Shown piece after piece: positions 55,146 to 64,000 of a stretch of 64,000 nucleotides of DNA (positions are counted from its first letter, which is position 1; each line of letters begins with the position of its first letter). The notes beneath the pieces are model-generated. The model ran no database searches and was not told where the DNA came from. It saw only the letters and a list, made by a program, of their open reading frames with translations. The stretch is taken from positions 27,838,001 to 27,902,000 of the forward strand of contig OZ024746.1 in NCBI GenBank assembly GCA_964016885.1, given 5' to 3'. The stretch is from Eledone cirrhosa. Lineage: Eukaryota. The translations under genes and the position numbers were made by a program.

Positions 55146-56589
55146 ATAGCAATGAGTGTATTCCATTTATAAGTCAAACATTGGTATGACATATATACTA
55201 GGATTACTGGATATAGGGACAATTATAGAAACCAAACAAGGTAATATGTGGTTGGAGAAATTAATGATGTGAATAAAAGAACCCTATAGTGGATGTTGAT
55301 GACTGACACGTAATTGATTAAATATAAAAATGGTATTTTATAAATTTAATTCTAGGATATAATTTCATAATTATTCAGTATTTATATACAAATGAAAACC
55401 AGGATTAATCCATCAATGAGTATCTTTGGAGAAATAGCTATTTATGGTGACAAACGTAGGGTTAGATCCCAGAACATTGATATTGGGAACCTACCTTTTA
55501 CTGTAGTAACAGGACTAAAGTAAAAAATACATTGTTTCTTTGTGTATGTATGAAAATATTATAGAGTTACAGACATACATAAAAATAAATATACAAACAC
55601 ATATGGCGTATTGTTATGCTCGGCATATCAAAATATAGAATCAGCCAAACAACAAATATGCACATTGCGCTATTGCAACACCTGTGTGTAATGTGTATGT
55701 GCACATATATTATATATATATAAAGGCATATGTGTAGCGGTGTGAATCTACTATGTTATATAAATCTGCAATCTAAATTTTCACTCACCTTAGCAATATT
55801 ATGAGTGAGATTTAACTAATACAACCAAAGCATATTTTAAAATCATTGTTCAAACTTTATCACCCGCAGCCTTAATGTAATTACTTAGGTTGCAATAATT
55901 AATTGTATTGTAGTAGATTCCATTTTAATAATCTATTCATTGGTGGCGGAATATTTTTGCTCGGAGCTGTTTCTTCTTTTAATAAAAGTTTTCGGTTCCA
56001 GAACATTTCTGTAGATATAATTATTCCTTCATATGAACGTGCTACTCTGTTGAAAGAACAATTATCCAATTAGCTGCATTTCTCTTAATAACAAAGATTA
56101 CCAGCCTATCAATAGATATGGCAGCACGGCAAGAGAATCTTGCATAAAATAGCCGCCATTGTTTCCTTTTAGATTCACCACCTGCAATTTGGAAAAGGTA
56201 TAAAGGTGGAGATTAAGAAGCGGGGATATATATATGGGAAAGCAATAAAGGATGAAAGGAAGACGAATATCGGTAAAGATGCCTCGGGTGGATATATTTC
56301 TGTTTCATTGAAACTACCAATGGAAATTCTATAAGTATTGAAGGATCTATAGGAGCGCTAATCTAAATATCTTTCTTTGAAGAATTTCTGGAATGCCTTA
56401 TGTAACTTCATGTGTGAGAGAAGCAGAATTTACGTAACATTATTGAAAGTATTGAAAAATTGGCTTCGTTCCAAAGCTTTACTCGCATATATAATCTAAT
56501 ATAATCTAATTATATAATCACACATTCATACATTTATTTATATAAATACATACATATATATATATACATATAAACACACATGCGCACGT

Positions 56590-56622
<33 letters not shown>

Positions 56623-56640
56623 GTATACATACACACACAT

Positions 56641-56700
<60 letters not shown>

Positions 56701-56745
56701 TTATAAATATATGTATATATATATATATATACATACATTTATAAA

Positions 56746-56839
<94 letters not shown>

Positions 56840-57127
56840 TATATATAATTATTTAATTGCTTTTTGTATGTTTCCGTTCATGGAAAGAGAGAAGGCCATA
56901 ATTGAAGGCAGAGTACTGAATAAAATAAAACAAATTATATATATATTTGTTTTAAAAATTATTATCGTACAAAAGGTCTTTTGTTTCGTTTCTCTACAGT
57001 GTATGTGAAAATGTGGTTACATAGTGTGAACATTCAGGATTTCTATATAATAGGAAAACAACGGGAGATGTTTGACGGTAGAAAAGTATTGGATATCTAA
57101 AAGGAATTATGGACGGCTGCTGGGGCC

Positions 57128-57600
57128 TGTGGTATCAAAGTAATATTATCATACATGTTGGACAGCCGTTACATATGGTGTTGTAGTAGCAGGATCTTTG
57201 TTCATGTTGAACAACCTTTACATGTGGATATGTGGTAGTAGTAGGGTCTACATAGTTGTTGGACACAGCTTACATGTTGACACGTAGTAGAAGAACATTC
57301 ATTCACAGAATGTCTATACATGTGGATAGTTAGTAGTAGGATCTCCATACATGTTGGACAATCAGTAGGGGGTGGTGGATTGGCAGTATCAGTAGAGAGT
57401 CGGACGCCATGCTTTGACGCATATAGTTACGGCCCTTGCCATTCTGAGTTCAAATCCCGCCGAGGTTAACTTTGCCTTTCATCCTTACGTGGTCGATAAA
57501 ATAAAGTACCAGTAATGCACTGCAGTAATTTCTGGCCTTGTTTAGAATCAATTATATGTGGAGATATGGTATTAGTAGGGTCTACATACATGCTGGAAAG
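57128..57600. repeat. Degenerate tandem repeat (catgttggac...acatgtggat..gtagtagtaggatct) interrupted by a SINE
   Basis: Several diverged ~50-bp units before, and one after, the SINE. Confidence 0.6.
57367..57553 (+). mobile_element. Full-length tRNA-type SINE
   Basis: agggggtggtggattggcagtatcagtagagagtcggac...gagttcaaatcccgccgagg...ctggccttgt. Confidence 0.9.
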
Positions 57601-58024
57601 CCATTTCATTCTTGTTTTGATTACTAGACTGAGGTCATCCTAATGTGCCGACTTCTATACTTTATATCAACCACAGTAATTATTTCATCTGTTTTTAAGA
57701 ATCACTGATTTACGTAATATAATCATAGCCCACACAAACACACCCACATAGATGTATGCACACACACACATACCGCCCTCCATATATATATTAATAAAAG
57801 ATTGGAGGCCATATTCAGTTAATTCAGTTTTCTTTAAAAATCCGTTATACATATTTTACTGAGGACTATCAGTTTAGATAGCCTGAGCACTTCAGATGGC
57901 AGAACCTAAAATAAATATAGAATGTCCCTAATAAACTTTTATATTTGGAAAAATCCAATAATTTTCCCGAAAAAGATTTTCTTTTCATGATACAGGGAGC
58001 CGGCCGAACAGGGAGCCCCGAAGA

Positions 58025-58103
<79 letters not shown>

Positions 58104-58106
<3 letters not shown>

Positions 58107-58344
58107 CGGAGGAAATGTGGTAAAGAACCAGGTGGACCATAACGCACCAAAGTACTCAATACTTAGGGTAGTAGAGTGGGTAATAGGAACGAGTAGGACC
58201 CCGACGGCTGAGCTCAAGCCGTTTCGACGGCTAATTCTGGACTAAAATAGAATATTGCAAAGAAAAAACACAGTAAAAAACACATTTTTAGTCCAGAATT
58301 AGCCGTCAAACGGCTTGAGCTCAGCCGTCGGGGTCCTACTCGTT

Positions 58345-58349
<5 letters not shown>
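58104..58349 (-). mobile_element. Fold-back element family A, copy 4
   Basis: Arms 58183-58247 / 58286-58349. Tail 58104-58182 is the reverse complement of the family tail. (TA)n both sides. Confidence 0.75.
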
Positions 58350-58440
<91 letters not shown>

Positions 58441-58494
58441 TGTTGTGTGTGTCTGTGTATGTGTGTGTCTCTGTGTGTGAGTATGTATACATTA

Positions 58495-58650
58495 CAAAAC
58501 ACTGGGCGATCGGATGCCATAGAAGAAGTTGTTTGTCGATGGTGCCATGCAATGAGACTCGAAAGATATTCAAACCGAGCTGTTGGACCGAACCATCGTA
58601 TATCGCAATCCCTGTGCTCAATAGAACCAACCAACTCAAAGCATCAAGAC
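58495..58650 (-). mobile_element. Possible old RTE 3' fragment
   Basis: Minus-strand IRWFGPTAR / SLHGTID resembles LRWFGH..R / L.G.IEG. Confidence 0.35.
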
Positions 58651-59497
58651 TCCCCATTAGTTAAATTTACATTTGACAATTTCGTGTTTAACGTTTGAAT
58701 ATCTGAGGCGTAAAAAAACAACATCATTTCTTTCATGTTAAACTATTTCTTTCTATATAGAAATGATTCTTTAATTCTTTATTTTGTTTTAACAATCACG
58801 ACGGCAGCCATATTGGAGCCTCACTTTCAATGAAGAACGATTCCATTCATGTGATGTTTAATTATCATTTTTATTTCACTTTTGTTTCTGAAAATGCACT
58901 TTACTAACTTTTGCCTAGGAGTGTATATACGATTGAATAAAAATTCATGATATTAGTGATATTTATTTTATTGAACTGGAAACTCCAATAGAATGACGAA
59001 GAGAACATTGATGTGGAAGAGTGAGAATAGAGCGTGTAAGGCGTCTTAGTGCAACATTCATTTTAAAAATTCTTTCAACACTCATCAAATATATATGCTT
59101 GTTTAATATAAGCTACGTTCGAAATAAACTTTTGAAGCCAAAATTTTATATGTAATGTTTTTCGATGTACGGATGCATACATGTATGTATGTATGTATGT
59201 ATGTATGTATGTATGTATGTATGTATGTATGTATGTATGTATGTATGTGTGTATGTATGTATGTATGTATGTATGTATGTATGTATGTGTGTATGTGTGT
59301 ATGTATGTGTGAATATATGTATGTACGTATGCATATATGTATGAAGTATACGTATATATGTATGAAGTATACGTATAAATGTATGAAGTATATGTATGCT
59401 TAGAGTATGTGAGTTTAGAGACGGGTTCATAAATTTCTATGTATACACACACATATATATATAGATGCATATGGATTTCTGCTTATGTGTGTATATA

Positions 59498-59547
<50 letters not shown>

Positions 59548-59693
59548 TATAGATGCATATATATATACGCATATATACATGTATAACTATATATTTATGA
59601 CCATCTATATATACCTATATGCAACAACATGTGCCTCTGCTTGCTTATGTATTTATCTATTTATATATGTATCTGTATGTATGCATGTATGTA

Positions 59694-59739
<46 letters not shown>

Positions 59740-59756
59740 TATACATATATATACAT

Positions 59757-59817
<61 letters not shown>

Positions 59818-60184
59818 ATATCAACGTATATATATATATATATATATATATTTTATATCAACGTATATCTCTGTATATACTGCGGAGAGATTTGGTATAA
59901 AGATTAAAGTGTCACCAAGTAACCAATCCATGAAACATCAAGTTTCAGTTTAATTGATTTTCAATCACAAAAAAACTACTTGAAACAATTGATTACTCTG
60001 TTCTATCAGAGCAATAGAATCACTACTGTGTTGATTTTATGGTTCTATAGATACCTCCACATATTTTACAAATTCAAACAAACATACATCATCATATACG
60101 CATTACTTCATATCATTACAGATATGTGTTTATGTACATATATATACATATATATATATATATATGAAAATGCATATATTTCTT

Positions 60185-60223
<39 letters not shown>

Positions 60224-60276
60224 CTCTCTTTCTTTCGTTCCCTCTCTCACTATATATATATAAATATGTGTGTGTG

Positions 60277-60312
<36 letters not shown>

Positions 60313-60944
60313 TATATACACACACACACACATATATATATGTGTGTGTGTGTGTATGTATGTATATACGTATATATATATATATATATATGCATACACA
60401 CACACATACACGCACATGAATATTTATATATATTAATGGGTGTATGATAAAAGTATTTTATCTCTAGGCCAGAGGTTTAATACAGAACTTCTCTCACATA
60501 CACATAGGGACACGCACGCTAACTTATTCCATGTATGTCTGTGTGGGTGGGTGTCTGTGTGAGCCGGTATGTGCATGGGCGTGTTTTTTTTATGCGACTT
60601 TAAACGTACACATATCTTCAGTGCACAGATAAATGTATTGCATTAAACTACGTATGTGTTAATATGTGTGTGTTTGATTTAAAACCTGAATTTGCCTTCG
60701 TGGGTATATGCGTCTATGTGTGTCTGTGTGAATATGCCTTTTAGTATATTTGCATGCATATGTGTGTATATCTTTCATACGTATATATGTGTATGTGCTT
60801 TTGTATATTTTTCATGTGAAGCAACCATCAATCGGTCACAGAAACTCTTTGATAGTTTAAACCTAATAAAATATATCCACTGAAGGAAATATATAAAAAC
60901 ATAGATCTGCATTACAAATACAAATTACATACACACACAAGCAT

Positions 60945-60978
<34 letters not shown>

Positions 60979-61199
60979 GTATGTATATATATATACACAT
61001 ATATATATATATATATATATAAATATATATATATAATATATATACATATATTTATTTATTTATTTATATATCCTACTGTTATTTATTTATCCATGCGTAA
61101 CTGTGTATGTTAACCCTGTTCCCCTGATTATAGTTTTCAGTTAGCAAACCTCGTCATTTTATGAGTTTACTTCCTATATTAATAGCTTGACTGTCTCTA

Positions 61200-62650
61200 A
61201 GCATATTAAACTACACACAACACCTCTTCCCTGTGATTACTACCTACAATAGTGTAACTATCTCTACATAATTTAATCTACACATAACACCACCTCTATA
61301 TGTGTAATACCTACAACAGTAGTGTTACTATCTCTACATATGTTAAACTACACACAACACCACGTCCACACGTTTACTAGCTACAATACTGTTACATTCT
61401 AGATATGTTAAACTACATACACCTCCACCGCTATGTGTTTACTACCTACAATACTGTTACTATCTGTACATAATTTAATCTACACATAACACCACCTCTA
61501 TATGTGTAATACATACAACAATAGTGCTACTATATCTAACATATATTAAATTAAACACAACACTACGTCTACACGTTTACTAGCTACGATAGTGTTACTG
61601 ACTCTAGATATGTTAAACTACACACCACCCTACTATGTGTTTACTACAGTTGTGTTACTCTCCCTACGGATATTAAACTATAAACAACGCCATATGTATA
61701 TATTTACTATCTACGTTAATGTTACATTCCTCACATATGTTAAACTACACACCACCCTACTATGTGTTTACTACAGTTGTGTTACTCTCCCTACGTATAT
61801 TAAACTATAAACAACGCCATATGTATATGTTTACTATCTACGTTAGCGTTACATTCCTCACATATGTTAAACTACACACCACCCTACTATGTGTTTACTA
61901 CAGTTGTGTTACTCTCCCTACGTATATTAAACTATAAACAACGCCATATGTATATGTTTACTATCTACGTTAGCGTTACATTCCTCACATATGTTAAACT
62001 ACACACCACCCTACTATGTGTTTACTACAGTTGTGTTACTCTCCATACGTATATTAAACTATAAACAACGCCATATTTATATGTTTACTATCTACGTTAG
62101 CGTTACATTCCTCACATATGTTAAACTACACACCACCCTACTATGTGTTTACTACAGTTGTGTTACTCTCCCTACGTATATTAAACTATAAACAACGCCA
62201 TATGTATATATTTACTATCTACGTTAGTGTTACACTCCTCACATATGTTAAACTACACACCACCCTACTATGTGTTTACTACAGTTGTGTTACTCTCCCT
62301 ACGTATATTAAACTATAAACAACACCATATTTATATGTTTACTATCTACGTTAGTGTTACATTCCTCACATATGTTAAACTACACACCCCCCTACTATGT
62401 GTTTACTACAGTTGTGTTACTCTCCATACGTATATTAAACTATAAACAACACCATATTTATATGTTTACTATCTACGTTAGTGTTACATTCCTCACATAT
62501 GTTAAACTACACACCACCCTACTATGTGTTTACTACAGTTGTGGTACTCTCCCTACGTACATTAAACTATAAACAACGCCATATGTATATGTTTACTATC
62601 TACGTTAGTGTTACATTCCTCACATATGTTAAACTACAAACAACACCAGT
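61200..62650. repeat. 127-bp minisatellite (8 units, 61610-62625) preceded by diverged ~65-bp monomers
   Basis: atgttaaactacacacc starts at ~61610, 61737, 61864, 61991, 62118, 62245, 62372, 62499, then a partial unit at 62626. Confidence 0.93.
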
Positions 62651-63008
62651 TCTTATGTGCCTACATAAATCTCCCAATACATATTACCACTATGAAGATG
62701 ACTGTTGTGTTGGGTGTACGTATCCTCCGTCGGTTTCGACGTTCCATTTAAATGTTTCTATCTATCGAACCACCAACTAATGAATTAAATATGTAACTGT
62801 CACAAATATATTACCACTATGAACATGTTGATCAGAGGCGGTAGGAACATTTCTGATTTTTTTTAGTGGAGGGGGGCAAATTTTGGTCAATTTAGCTGTA
62901 GTGACTAGTTTAGCTCTTTGCACTCTAAAATGGGAAGAACATTTCGGTATGCGATAAACATAACATGTATATAGATTGTAGTGCATATCCAAATAGCTCC
63001 ACCGCTCC

Positions 63009-63079
<71 letters not shown>

Positions 63080-63679
63080 GAATTTTAAAATATAATGCTC
63101 TGTACCCCTCCCTAATGGGTTAATATATCGAGCTTCTTCGCATTTGGTAATAACGCGTATTATACCCAATTTATTAATCTCCTATATATTTATATATATA
63201 TTCATTTATTATGGCAATTAGTGAGGTGTGTTACTATTCATTACCACAAAACTCACCCCCTCTCTACATCAACCATACTGCACTCTTTCCCAACCCCCCT
63301 CTCTATGTCAATTAACATCAAACTCTCCCCCTCTTCCATCTATATCTATGTAACATGTACATGAATTGTAGCGCATGTACAAATAAATGTTTTGGTAATT
63401 TGGGTAGGAAAATTTAATTATTGTAGGGATCCATGCAATTACTGGTACGGTCAATCTGACTAGCTTCCACACCTTTTCCGTGTCATCAATTTCCCTCTGA
63501 AGACATGAGTTATCGCGGGCCTATATTGAATAACACCAAGATATCACGAAGCTGAAACGAACCCAGTACATTATGTTTCGGAACCAAATTTTTAACCACT
63601 CCACCGTGCCTAAGTCTTATTTCTAATAGTTACTACGTAGGAATTTATGGTACATATACTAAAACGTATAGATTCTCAA

Positions 63680-63812
63680 AAATTGTCAGAGTCGTTAGAA
63701 CGTCGTATAACATACTTTATGTTATTTAAATTTAAATCCCACCGAGGTCAACTTTGCCTTTCATCCTGTCGAGGTCGATAAAAAAAGTACCAGTCTAGTA
63801 CTGGGGTCGATT
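63680..63812 (+). mobile_element. Old SINE copy
   Basis: aaatcccaccgaggtcaactttgcctttcatcctgtcgaggtcgataaaaaaagtaccagt. Confidence 0.8.
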
Positions 63813-64000
63813 CTTCCTCTAGATCTCTTTCTCATTTTCCTTTCAATCTTTCACTGGAAGGAATCTGCTGTACTCAGACTTAAAACGCCAAAGAAACGCA
63901 GTATGTCAATACGGTGCTCCTACGACTTTATCAGGAGTTTCGGGACCATACATACACTCACAAACAAACATAAATAAGTTTGGGTTTTCTTCCGCTTATT

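Noticed and set aside
56173-56197. Possible 25-nt micro-exon (ttttag|...aag|gtataa)
   Set aside because: Weak donor, no partner exons, no coding support.
61592-62780. Repeated 66-99 aa ORFs; CRISPR-like periodicity
   Set aside because: Contiguous 127-bp tandem units with no unique spacers; the ORFs are by-products.

Overview
AT-rich, microsatellite-saturated eukaryotic DNA, most likely a cephalopod (Octopus-like; inferred from the dominant tRNA-type SINE and composition), with a 200-N gap at 51602-51801. I found no convincing host protein-coding exon. Most ORF-track entries are artefacts of (TA)n/(CA)n/(GA)n/triplet repeats. Supportable content: a 5'-truncated Penelope-like element (GIY-YIG) with inverted arms; about 20 copies or fragments of one SINE family; RTE, CR1-group and R4/Dong-like LINE fragments; a Tx1/L1-clade element with near-complete ORF2; and a 127-bp minisatellite. 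The most interesting signal is a set of short non-coding insertions sitting in (TA)n tracts that share one architecture (inverted copy + direct copy + tail). Many carry minimal hammerhead-ribozyme folds, including non-canonical cores. One of them is a 311-bp retrozyme-like tandem array with five intact hammerheads (36559-38247). All folds and alignments were done by eye.
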